DNA from: Mobula hypostoma
Taxonomy: Eukaryota
DNA: 64,000 bases
Reading direction: 5' to 3'
NCBI RefSeq assembly: GCF_963921235.1
Contig: NC_086108.1
Location: 89,716,001 to 89,780,000 of the forward strand
Shown here: piece by piece, positions 23,429 through 35,339 of the stretch
Position numbering within the stretch: position 1 is the first letter of the stretch
Layout of the letters: each line of letters starts with the position of its first letter
Made by a program: the position numbers and the translations under genes
The notes under the pieces: model-generated
Databases searched by the model: none
Seen by the model: the letters and a program-made list of their open reading frames with translations, nothing else
Told to the model about the DNA's origin: nothing

Positions 23429-24129
23429 AAACCTACTGAAGTTTATTAAGTTTGTTACTGGTGGAACAGTCAAAGTCAAATTAAATAGATGTGGCATACG
23501 TGAATTTTCAGAAGGACTTTAATAATGTCTCATACAAGAGGCTGTATTGTAAGTATAAAGTGGTTACACTTCTGGCACCAACATAGTGTGATACAGTCAC
23601 CACAGAGGCTTCACTGCACCCATTAGGGTTTGGGAGGTCCAAAATTATCATACCATTGCACATGTTCGAGGTCATTACTGGTGTGGAGGGAGCACAGGGT
23701 TGAGTCCAGGTGGATTTATTTAGTATGGCTGTATTTAGAATGATTTGGCACCTTATTAATCCTGGTCCTGTCTGAGATTAGTAAGGAAATGACTGATTCA
23801 CTAATAATGCTCCTTTATCCAATATGATGTGGAAGGCTAGGGTCCAAATGATAGAAAGAACAAAAGAGGCTGTAAAGCTGGATTTCAGCAAATTAAAGCC
23901 CAGATATTTTCATTTCAAGAGGCAGAGATCAATCCTTGTTAATCATGATATAACAATAAGTATAGAACTGAGAAAGAGCAGAAATGAGATTAAGACAGAC
24001 ACAAAATAACCTGCAGATGCTGGGACCAAAGCAACACTCACAACACGCTGGAGGAACTCAGCAGGTCGGGCAGCATCCGTGGAAACGATGAGTCGACGTT
24101 TCAGGCCGGAACCCTTCGTCAGACAGTGT

Positions 24130-24375
24130 GTGGGGCAGCACGGCAACAAAGCAGTAAGCAAAGTGCTATTACAGCACCAGTGATCGGGGTCCAATTCTGC
24201 GACTGCCTGTAAGGTTATTCTCCCCACAATTATGTGGATCTCCACCGGGTGCTCTGGTTTCCTTCCACATTCCAAGCTTGTATGGGTAAGCAGGTTAACT
24301 GGGCACCTGGGTGTGATTGGTCAGCACAGGCTCATGGAGCTGGAAGGGCCTGTTACTATGCTGTATCTCTACATA
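24130..24375 (+). mobile_element. tRNA-derived V-SINE (HE1-like), degraded
   Basis: ggggcagcacgg head and ccgggtgctctggtttccttccaca V-domain core. Confidence 0.75.
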
Positions 24376-24789
24376 ATTTTTTTTTCAATAATTTGTTTTA
24401 ATGTTCTTAATATATGGAGTTTGTTTCATGATAACAAACAAATATTTGTTTTTGTTTCATAGAGTCTAGATTGAAAGGTTTTACAATTGGTTTAGCAATA
24501 AATTTTGTTATTTCCCAGGACCTGCCATCAGTTGAAAAGTGAACGGCAAGGAGAGTACAACTTGCCTTGCTATTTTACATGATTAAATAACTCTGCAGGT
24601 GATGGTTATATCTTAGCAACCAATGATTTATACAAGTGTTTGGATATGGAGTCAAGAACTGATCTAAAATCTTTGAGATGGTAAAGGATGTTATGCTGAA
24701 AGCATGAACAACATTAGCTCTGTCATATAGTCTATCTTGTTACCGTGACCCACAGCAAAGCTCATTTTCATCTATATTTATAAGTAGAA

Positions 24790-25410
24790 TAAAAATGAGT
24801 AGAATAAGTAGGAGTAAAAGAAATGCAGGAGAACACTTAAGAAATAAATCAAGATGGCTAAAAAAGTCCCCAGTCTACCCTGGGAGACAAGATGAAGGAG
24901 AATCCTAAAGGATTCTACAGATATATTAAGAGCAAAAGGATTGCAAGGGATAAAATTGGTCCTCTGGAAGATCAGAAGGGCAATCCATGCATGGAGCCAA
25001 AAGAGATTGGGAATACCTTAAATAATTTTTTTGCATTTGTATTTACTCGGGAGATGGATACAGAGTCTGTAGAAGTGAGGGAAAGCAGCATCAACTTTAT
25101 GGAAACTATAAAGATTACAGAGGGGCAAATCAGGGTGGCTAAATCCCCACAGCCTGCATGGTGTTCCCAAGGACCCAGTGGGAGACAAGTGCAGAAATTT
25201 CAGGTTCCCAAGCAAAAGTAGTTAAATCACCTTTAGCAACAGGTGAGATACCAAAGGATTGCGGGATATCTGATGTTGTTCCGCTGTTTAGGAAAGTCTC
25301 TAAAGATAAACCAGGAAATTATAGGCTGGTAAACCTGAGATCAGTATTGGGAAAGTTAATGGAAGGTATTCTAGGGGACTGGACATATGAGTATTTGGAT
25401 AGAATGGACA
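24790..25410 (+). mobile_element. Degraded CR1 ORF2 internal fragment
   Basis: KENPKGFYRYIKSKR and KDKPGNYRLVNLRSVLGKL. Confidence 0.85.
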
Positions 25411-25444
25411 CAGTATAGGTAAAGCAATAACAATGCAGAGTAAA

Positions 25445-26100
25445 CTTTAACAGCTACAGTGATTCCACTTTCAGGAAACTATGTACTTGTACTCCAAAGT
25501 CCCCATGCTCTGCAAGACTCTCCACGGCCCTGCCATTCACTGTGAAATTCCTTCCTGAATACTTTCCAAAATGCAACACCTTGCACTTATCTGAATTAAA
25601 CTTCATTTGCCATTCCACAGCCCACTTACTCAGCTGAACAAGAGACTCCTGCAACTTGTGATAACCTTCATTGTCCACCACACCGCCTATGTTACTGTCA
25701 TCTGCAAACTTACGAGCCATGCCTTGTATATTTTTATCCAAATTGTTGATTATAGATGGCAAATAACAATGGGCCCAGCACTGACCTCTGAGGTGCACCA
25801 CTAGTCCCAGGTCTCCAGCCTGCGAAACAACCTTCCACCATCACTCTTTACTTTCTACCATCCAGCCAAATGTGCATCCAATCCACCAGCTCTCCCTGGA
25901 TTCCATGCAATCTATCCTTTCGGAGCAACTTATACATGTGGAACCTTATTACAAATCTTACTGGAGCCCCCTTAAACCATGTATACCACCCAGCCTTAAT
26001 TAACTTTCTTGGTCTCATCATCAAAAAATTCCATTAATTTCAAATTTGGTCAAGTTTGTAAGATGCAATCTCCTATGCACAAAGCCACCTTGACTACCTG
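25445..26100 (-). mobile_element. Degraded CR1 RT fragment (probably continues at about 27790-27905)
   Basis: KFADDSNIGG...WQMKFNSDKCKVLHFG. Confidence 0.85.
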
Positions 26101-26257
26101 TACCTCTGAAAAAGGTTCCAAGTTTCATTTATTATCAAAGCATGTATCCATAAACAACTCTGAAATGTGTCTTCTCCAGATAGCCATGAAACAAAGAAAG
26201 AACATGAAAAACATTAAATCTATCCCCCCCGCCACAAAAAAAGAATGGCATCCCGTT

Positions 26258-26400
26258 CATCAACCCCCAAAATCCCTCCCCCTGCACAAAACCGAACAGG
26301 AACATCAACCCCCAAAAAAGAACCCCGCCACTGCACAAAAAAAACTAACGCATCAACCCCCAAAACACCATCCCCTCGCACAACAAAACAGAAAGGGAAC
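26258..26400. repeat. Three imperfect tandem units of about 46 bp, each starting catcaacccccaaaa
   Basis: Units begin near 26258, 26303 and 26351. Confidence 0.6.
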
Positions 26401-26423
26401 AGATGATGAAGAACACAGAATAT

Positions 26424-27221
26424 TGTTACGAACCCACAAGTTTAGTTTACTGTGGACTGTCACTTCAAGAGCGCCTAAGTGAGGCGGGACTATGATGTTG
26501 TTCAGTGGCGGACTTGCAGCTTGTTTAACTTTAAAAGAAGGGCATAGACAGAAGGAGAGATAGAGAGAGATAGAGAAAAGAAGAAAAAAGAAACTGGGAA
26601 TCTGGTAGCTCCAGCTTGTCGCAGCTGAGGCTTGGAACTCTCTTATGCCCACAAGGGTGGGTTAAACATCGGCATGCAGAATGTGTGTCTGTCACTTCAT
26701 ATAAGCCAAAGGAATGGATTTTTCAGGATATCCTGTGGAGACCACTTATGTGTTAACCCTTGCCTGGGTATGTTGTGTGGTAATTCCTTGAAGACGATAT
26801 CTCTGTGACAGATCACTTCCGGTGATAATTTGTACGTGGATTTGAAATGACACGATGGACAAGATCTACAGCGACTGTTATCTCATTTTACCCTAATGGA
26901 ATTTGTGGAATACGACGTAACCACCTTTTCTCTACATTTCACCCTGGATTACAAATAGCTCTCTCCTATCACTTATTCTGTGGATGCCTGAACTTTCCCT
27001 ACCTTACCATCTTAAGACTTTAAGCTTTATTTCCCCAAGCTTAACCTAGTTTGGGAGCTATCTTACACATATACACATAACACTGTTAACATTTGTTTAT
27101 CTTGGTTAAATTACGATATTATAAGTAGATACTAATAAAAATAGTGGTTTTAACATTAAAACCTGACTCAGTGTGAAATCTCTTGCTGCTGGTTTATTTC
27201 TAAATGTTACAGTTCGTAACA
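26424..27221 (+). mobile_element. Solo LTR (Gypsy-like), 798 bp
   Basis: Perfect 10-bp terminal inverted repeat TGTTACGAAC / GTTCGTAACA, 4-bp TSD ATAT, AATAAA at 27134. Confidence 0.88.
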
Positions 27222-27628
27222 ATATAAAAACCATAAGTCTGAAAAAGTGCACAGTTCGTAAATGCAATAGTGCAATCCATAAATGCAGAACCACGATACC
27301 ATCTTCCAATATCACTGCCATTCATTGAAAGAGAGGGATACCACATGAGGCAGAGAGGCCTACCCACCTGTCACAGCGAGCCACACAGTGATAGGCCTCT
27401 CATAGAGTCCTTCTCGGCAGCGATCAAACGGAAGGCTGTCAGCGCTGAACTCTCGCTCGCCTTCTGCATTTGCCTTGATGGCTCAATCTTCCTCAATGCT
27501 TTAATCAGCGATTAATGGATGCTTTAAATCAACTTGCGCCCCATCTCGAAGTTTCCTCGCATCGAGGCCGTTTGAGTACGCGTTTACTTCCCAGAATCTT
27601 CTTCGAGACAGCAAAGTGCTCTCTAGTT

Positions 27629-27710
27629 CAGGGGTTTTCAACCTTTTTATTATGCCATGGACCCCTACCGTTAACTGAGGGGTCCACAGACCCCAGGTTG
27701 GGTACCCCTG
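27629..27710. mobile_element. Small hAT (Charlie-like) MITE
   Basis: TIRs caggggttttcaacc / ggttgggtacccctg; imperfect 8-bp TSD ctctagtt / ctcaagta. Confidence 0.75.
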
Positions 27711-28544
27711 CTCAAGTAGCACACATATTTTATCCCTTAAAATCTTCTCCAGTAACTCTTCTTTAGTTTCTAAGTCTTTCTTTGTTGTTCTTAACTAAAA
27801 GCAAAGCATTCATTACCCTCTAGACTACAAGCCCCTCACCTGTGGTGAATAATGATGAAAATATCTTAGCCAGGGCTCCCACAATTTCTTCCCTAGCCTC
27901 CCAGAAGGCAAGGCAAGCATTCATTGCTGATCACTAATTGTCCTTCAAAGAGTGGTGATGAGACAATTTTGAGAAGCTCTGCGGTGAAGGCACCACAACA
28001 GTGCTATTGGGGATGGACTTTCAGGACTTAGCCCCAGTTGAGATGATGGAGCAATAAGATATTTTCAACCTAAGATGGTGCACACTCAGTGCAGACACAG
28101 TAGCACTTCCATTCACCCATTGCACTTGTCCTAGAAAGTAGGGACTTGCAGGTTTCTTAGGTCCTATCAGAGAAGTTTGAGTGGAGTAATGCAGCACATT
28201 TTGTTGTAGATGGTAGAGTCCACTGCTTTGAGGGTATTAATGCTTAGAATGGTGGCTAGGATGGAGTCAAGAGGCCTACTCAATCCAGGAAGGAATCAAG
28301 CTTCTAAGAAACTTTGGGAGCAACATTCATCTGGTAAATGGGGAGTGTGTCCTCACAATATCATTCAGAGTCTTCCCCAAACAGAAGCCCTGGATAAACC
28401 ACAAGATCCACAATTTGCTGAAGGCTAGATCAGTGGCAGTTAGTCTTGGCAACCAGGTAAAATGCAAGATTCCATGTGTGATAGCCACAAAGCCATCTCA
28501 CATGTTTAGTGGAAATTCTGGACCAAATTTGAATCACTGAAGGA

Positions 28545-31336
28545 TGTTCGACTGCTGTGACAGAGCTTGAATGCCATCATCTCCTACAAAGTGAAACCAG
28601 GAGACACGTCTGAGACGCAAAGACGAGGAAATCTGCAGATGCTGGAAATTCAAGCAACACAGACAAAATGCTGGTAGAACGCAGCAGGCCAGACAGCATC
28701 CATAGGAGAAGCACAGTCGACATCTTGGCCTGAAACATCGACTGTGCTTCTTCCTATGGATGCAGTCTGGCCTGCTGCATTCCACCAGCATTTTGTGTGT
28801 GACACACGTGAGAACAAGGTTTTGCTCCCAGATGAGCTCAGTGCCTTTTATGCTCGCTTTGACCATGAAAGCATGGAGGCACCTTCATGAACTCCCATAG
28901 CTCCTGACAACCCTGTGAGAACAACATGAGACCGTCCTTCAGGAGGGTGAACCCATGCAAAGCACCTGGCCCAGATGGTGTACCTGGCCGAGTAATAAAG
29001 AATTGTGTTTTTCAACTGGCAAGCATGTTCCCTGATATCTTTAACTTCTTGATTTGGCATCCTGATGTATCCACCTACTTCAGGCTTCAATTATATCGCT
29101 GCCCAAGAAGAATGTGGTAACCTGCAAGTGCATTTGAGAGATTGGTGATGAAGTATATCAACTCCTGCCTGAGGAGTGACGTGAATCCATTCCGATTTGC
29201 CTACCATCACAACAGGTCAACATCAGATGCCATTTTATTGGCTCTCCATTCCGTCCAGGAACACCTAGTCATAGTCATACTTTATTGACCCCAGGGGAAA
29301 TTGGTTTTCATTACAGTTGCACCATAAATAATGAATAGTAATAAAACCATAAATAGTTAAATAGTAATATGTAAATTATGCCAGTAAATTATGAAACAAG
29401 TCCTGAACCAGCCTATTGGCTCAGGGTGTCTGACCCTCCAAGGGAGGAGTTGTAAAGTTTGATGGCCACAGGCAGGAATGACTTCTTATGACGCTCGGTG
29501 TTGCATCTCGGTGGAATGAGTCTCTGGCTGAATGTACTCCTGTGCCCACCCAGTATATTATGTAGCGGATGGGAGACATTGTCCAAGATGGCATGCAACT
29601 TAGACAGCATCCTCTTTTCAGACACCACTGTCAGAGAGTCCAGTTCCATCCCCACAACATCACTGGCCTTACGAATGAGTTTGTTGATTCTGTTGGTGTC
29701 TGCCACCCTCAGCCTGCTGCCCCAGCACACAACAGCAAACATGATCGCACTGGCCACCACAGACTTGTAGAACATCCTCAGCATCACCCGGCAGATGTTA
29801 AAGGACCTCAGTCTCGTCAGGAAATAGAGATGGCTCTGACCCTTCTTGTAGACAGCCTCAGTGTTCTTTGAACAGTCCAGCTTATTGTCAATTCGTGTCC
29901 CCAGGTATTTGAAATCCTCCACGATGTCCACACTGACCCCCTGGATGGAAACAGGGGTCACCAGTACCTTAGCTCTCCTCAGGTCTACCACCAGCTCCTT
30001 AGTCTTTTTCACATTAAGCTGCAGATAATTCTGCTCACACCATGTGACCAAGTTTCCAACCGTAGCCCTGTACTCAGCCTCATCTCCCTTGCTGATGCAT
30101 CCAACTAGAGAGTGAAGATGCATACATCAAGATGCTCTTTATTGACTACAACCCTGCATTCAATACTATCATCCCCTCAAAACTAACCAATAAGCTTCAA
30201 GATCTAGCCCTCAGTATCTCCTTGTGCAACTGGATCCTCAATTTCATCACTTGCAGACCCCAGTCAGCTTAGATTGGCAACGACAATCCTCCACAATCAC
30301 CATCAGCACAGGTACACCACAGGGCTACCACAGGGCTGTCTGCTTGGTCACATGCTCTACTCACTTAGTACTTATGACTGTGAGGATAAGTATAGCTCCA
30401 ATGCCATATTTAAGTTAGCTGATGGCACCATTGTTGTGGGATGAATCAAAGATGGTAATGAATCAGCATATCAGACAGACAGTGAGAATGCTGACACAAC
30501 AACAACCTTTCATTCGATGTCATCAAAACACAGGAGCGATTATTCCTACAGATGGAGAAAAACAGAAGTCCTTATCAGGGGATCAGAAGTGGAGAGAGTC
30601 AGCAACTTTAAATTCCTCAGCGTTATCATTTCAGAGGATCTGTCCTCCATCCGGTACGTAACTGCCATTACCAAGAAGGGGTGGCAGCGCCTCTACTTTC
30701 TTAGAAGTTTGCACAGAATTGGCATGTCATCTAAAGCTTTGACAAACTTCTACAGATGAGCAGCAAAGCGTATATTCACTGTTTGCATCATGGCCTGGTA
30801 TGGAAACACCAATATCCTTGAATGTAAAAAAAACTACAAAAAGTAATGGAACAGCTCAGCTCATTATAATCAAAACCCTCCCCACTACTGAGCACATCTA
30901 CAAGGAGCACTGTCACAGGAAAGCAGCTTCCATTATCAAGGATGCCCACCATCCTGACAGTGTTTTCTTCTCGCTGCTGCTATCAGGAAGGAGGTACAGG
31001 TGTCTCAAGACCTACGCAACCAGGCTAGGGACATTTATTACCCCTCAATCATCAGGCGCTTGTACCAGAGGGGATAACTGATTCCACACCCTGTGGACTC
31101 ACTTTTAAGGACTTTACAACTCGTGTTCTTGATATTTATTGCTTATTTATTATTATTTATGTTTGTACTTGCACAGCTTATTGCCTTTTGCACGTTTGTT
31201 GTTTGTCCGTCTGTGTCGTGGGCGATGTTTCATTGTGTTTCTCTCTATTGACTGTGAATGCCCACAAGAAAATGAATCTCAGGATAGTATATGGTGGCAT
31301 ATATTACTTTAAAAATAAATTTACTTTCAACTTTGC
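28545..31336 (+). mobile_element. Degraded Rex1/Babar-type LINE with nested insertions
   Basis: RRVNPCKAPGPDGVPGRV, EVERVSNFKFL, QRLYFLRSL; tail aataaatttactttcaactttg. Confidence 0.85.
29268..30107 (-). mobile_element. Younger 5'-truncated Rex1/Babar LINE nested in the opposite orientation
   Basis: Open 236-aa frame with WCEQNYLQLNVKKTKELVVD and HLYFLTRLRSF; (TATGAC)n tail at about 29268-29280. Confidence 0.9.
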
Positions 31337-31551
31337 TCCATCACAGTCCGGACTGACACATTGAGGATGATGAGATGAAGAGGCAATGAAATGCAAGGAG
31401 ATGAAATCACTCACTGCTGGATACTCAGCCTCCAACCTAGTTTAGTGCACATAATATTCATGCAGCTGATCCAGTAGATTTTCTGCTCAGTGGAGTCCCC
31501 CAGGTGTTTATCGTGTTGGACTCTGTTATGTTGATGTCATTCAAGGGCTAA

Positions 31552-32812
31552 GGCTACGTCCACACTAGACCGGATAATTTTGAAAACGCGGGTTTCGCGT
31601 AAAAACGATAGGCATCCTCACCAGGCGTTTTTCAAAATACCTCCGTCCACATTAGAATGGATATTTGGGCGAATCTACTCCTACTGGGCATGCACAGGAC
31701 ACACAGAAAACAAGCAAAAAGGAAACAGTATACTTGGTGTGCGTTTGTCCATTTGGACCAGAAAAACTTAAAAGGAAATTGCCAAATGAAAGACTTGGTG
31801 CACGTTTGTCCAGAAACATTTCCTACAGCCATAGTCTCTTCACCAATGAAAGGGACGACAGCTACAACTAAATGCAATAAGGCTTGTTACTGGGCAAAAG
31901 TGAAATTTGCTGTTACCTCATTTGTTTGCCTTTACTTCTGCCATGTCTTTGTCTATTATTTTGCTATATTTAACATGTGCAATAAAATGAGTTACTGGGC
32001 AAAAGTGACAATTGCACTTATTCAATGTTTGCACAAGCAATACATTAATAATGTTACACGAGCGTGGCGGTGGATGAACCCAAGTGCAGAACACGGGCAT
32101 GGGGGCAGAGTTGGGAGGCGTTATCGCCATAGCGAGCGTGGAATCGGTTTCCAGGAGAGTCTTTACCCGAAGTCTTGGGTTTGGAGAGAATCCAGGAGCA
32201 ATACTAGACTTAGAACTAACAGTCCTAAGAACCAGGAAACGAGGTTACTCACACCGGAGTTGACCAACGAACTGGCAGCTCCTTGTTATGATCACAGGGT
32301 CCTTATCTGATGGAAGGCAGGTGTGTGTAGTTAGTGGAACCTGGGAATGATTGGAAATTAAACGAGGGATTGAAGTCCAATTCCTGAGGTAAATAGTAAG
32401 GTGGGGGATTGCCAGAAGGGACCATGACAAATAAAGCACCTTGTTAAATGTATGAAATGTGTCTGCATCAGTGTTATCTTGTAGTTCCATACAATGTTAC
32501 ATTAGGCTGTTACACATCTATTGTCAGATATTGTTGTTGTGGTGTTGGAGGTTGCGTTCAAGAAAACAATGAAATACCGTGCTGTCGCCACCATTTGTTC
32601 CAGCACGTCATGACAGTGTTTTTAAAATTAGCCGGTTACCCCGTACACACTACAATGGCCAGCCGGCGTTTTCAGGTTTAAACACTCTGGAGAGTGTTTT
32701 AGTAAAGCTCCATTTTTGGAGGAGAAAAACGCCTTTTCAGTGTGGACGGAGAGTCAAGACGAAGAGAAAAAGCTTCTGTTACGGATTTATCCGGTCTAGT
32801 GTGGATGTAGCC
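31552..32812. mobile_element. Non-autonomous PIF/Harbinger-type element
   Basis: TIRs GGCTACGTCCACACTAGACCGGATAA / TTATCCGGTCTAGTGTGGATGTAGCC; TAA TSD at 31549-31551 and 32813-32815. Confidence 0.9.
32052..32429. mobile_element. Solo LTR nested in the Harbinger element
   Basis: TGTTA...TGACA termini with 5-bp TSD AATAA (32047-32051, 32430-32434). Confidence 0.8.
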
Positions 32813-34734
32813 TAAGAGCTGGTGGTTAGACTCTCTCATTGAAGGCTGTTATTATCTGTCACACCTTTGACATCAATATTACTTGCCACTTCAACACAGT
32901 CCTGATGAAGTGTCTTGGCCCGTAATGTCGACTATACTCTTTTCCATAGATACTCCCTGGCCTGCTGAGTTCCTCCAGCATTTTGTGTGTGTTGCTTGGA
33001 ATTCCAGCATCTGTAGATTTTCTCTTGTTTGTGATGGGAATTGAAAGAACATTTTTAATTTTTCACAGGAATCTAGTTATATCATTTAGTCTTTGTGGTG
33101 TCAAGATGATTGATTAAAAATCTTACACAGGGATGCTACAAAGCTGTAGAAAAGTTCAAGCTCCACTGAGCAAACAGAGTGATACAGCATGGAAACAGGC
33201 CCATCAGTCCAATTTGTCCATGCCAACCAAGGTGTCTGCCTAAATCAGTCCCATTTGCCCATGTTTGAGCCATATCCCTCAAAACCTTTTGTATCTGCAT
33301 ACCTGCCCAGATGTCTTTTTAAGTGTTGTTATTGTACCTGCCTTAACCACTACCTCTGTGAAAAGGTTGCCCCTCAAGTTCTTATTAAATCTCTCCCCTC
33401 TCATTATAACTCTATGCTTCTAGTTCTTAATCCTCCAACCTGGGAAAAAGACTTTTTTAATTCACATACTATGAAATGAGTTGATAATCAAACCACCAAA
33501 TTTTGATTAATTCTTCACTTTTGTTTAATTTCCATCATTCAGTTCTAGTTGAGAATGTTAACATAGAACATACTACAGCACAACACAGGCCTTTTGGCCT
33601 ATTCCAAAATTAATCTAACCCTTCCCTCCCACATTGCCCTCCTGTTTTAGGGATTTGAATTCTATTTAAAGACTTTATTCCAGAGAGACCCATCAGTTTC
33701 ACACTGAGAGAAGGCTGTGGTTTTGCGAGTACCATCCTCAAAATTAATTCCTCCAAAATACGAAAAGGATAAAAATGTGTTAAGCCAATAACATGATTCA
33801 TGTTCTCAACAGACATGACCAGAGCTGCTCAAGTGTTTCCAATAATTCCTATTTTTAAATTAAGATTTTCAGTTTCTGCTACAATTTGTCAGCATTTTGC
33901 ATTCAAGCACCTGTGTACATTCAAAGCTGCTCTAGTTCTGCACTCCTGAGCTTAGGAGCAAATTGACATGAGAAGGAGCTGGGGACTTTTGGATATGGGG
34001 TGGGGGGGGGGGGATGTTCACAGGCAGTGACCAAGGTGCTTGACTTTGGCCTCATCACCCATGCTACTTTGATAGTTCCCAGCAACAGGACAAGTTTTCC
34101 CTTTGGCCAACTACAAGAGGGAAATGCAGCTTAAGCTAAGGCGAAGATTGTTGAAATCTGTAGCAGCTTGAAGCCAAGAACAAATTTAAAAAAAAGGTTA
34201 CTTGCAATGGGAATGCAATCTGAAAAACATAATCAAAATTTTAAGATTCAAGTTTATGTATCACGTGTTCATCAAAACATACAGTGAAATATGGTGTTTC
34301 CATTAACAACCAACACACAGTGATGTGCTGAGAGCAGCCCACAGGTGTCACCACACATTCAGGTGCCAACATATTATGCCCACAATGCTTGGCAGAAAAA
34401 AAATCACAGAACACAAGCAACAAAACAACAGCAAGGCCCACACCTCGATTCCACCCACACAAATACTGTACATAGTCCTCGAACACCAAGAAAGGCCATC
34501 TTCTTTGGCCTCGGATTAGGACTCAGACGCACCAACATTGGACCTTTGACTATCCCAGCTGACACAGAGAATCACAGAACTGGGGCTCCAGTCAATGGGC
34601 ATTGATTTCTGGATTTCATATCCGACCCTCAGGCCTCGCGTCTCATCATTGTTCCCAGCAACCTGGTGATCTCATGTATCCAACTATAACTTGGTATAAC
34701 AAAAATATAACTTTAAAAAAAATGTATTTTTTAC

Positions 34735-34922
34735 AATGCAGAATAGGCCCTTCCGTCTATGCCACCCAGCAACCCGCCTATTAATTACGGAACAATTCAC
34801 AATGACCAATTGACCTACTAACCTGTATGTCTTTGGACTGTGGGAGGAAACCAAAGCACCCAGAGGAATCTCATGCGGTCTCAGGGAGAAGATACAAACC
34901 CCTTACATGCAGCGGCAGGTAG
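34735..34922 (-). mobile_element. V-SINE fragment
   Basis: Reverse complement of the V-core (tgtgggaggaaaccaaagcaccc). Confidence 0.7.
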
Positions 34923-35339
34923 AACTATAACTACAACTCCAACTATACTTGGTAAGATTTGTTCTTGAGGAGTATGCAACACTACCAAAGTTATATTTAT
35001 TAGACACAGAATTATAGAGTACAGAAACAGGGCATTTTTGCTCACCACATCTATGCTGACCATCTGTCCAAGCATCTATCCGTACTAATCCCATTTACCA
35101 ACACCCGGTCTATATTTTTTATTGCATTTATTGTCCAAGTCTAATTGCTCTCAGGTGACATTGATGCCCTTCTCAGTAGAAGGTGTGACAAAACAGGGAA
35201 ATAATGTTGATGGGTAGCTGAGGCCCATCAAGTTGAGAACTCCGTCCTGGCTGGAGTTGAGTTTTCCCAAGTGTTATAAGTGCAAGCACACCAGTGGAGG
35301 AAAGTGTATACTTGAATTTACAAAGCATTTTTCACAAAA

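Larger units (their letters stand above)
22705..23560 (+). mobile_element. Highly degraded CR1 ORF2 fragment interrupted by a Penelope element
   Basis: Remnants of RLTSVVG, CLTNL and FQKDF motifs. Confidence 0.6.

Noticed and set aside
24790..26100. Adjacent opposite-strand CR1 pieces as a twin-priming inversion
   Set aside because: They meet tail-to-tail and the minus piece appears to continue near 27790, so they are more likely independent insertions.
26009..26482. 157-aa ORF with HQPPK repeats
   Set aside because: It crosses a CR1, a minisatellite-bearing repeat and an LTR; the repeats come from the minisatellite.
31657..32310. 217-aa ORF
   Set aside because: It spans the Harbinger/solo-LTR junction and has no recognisable domain.
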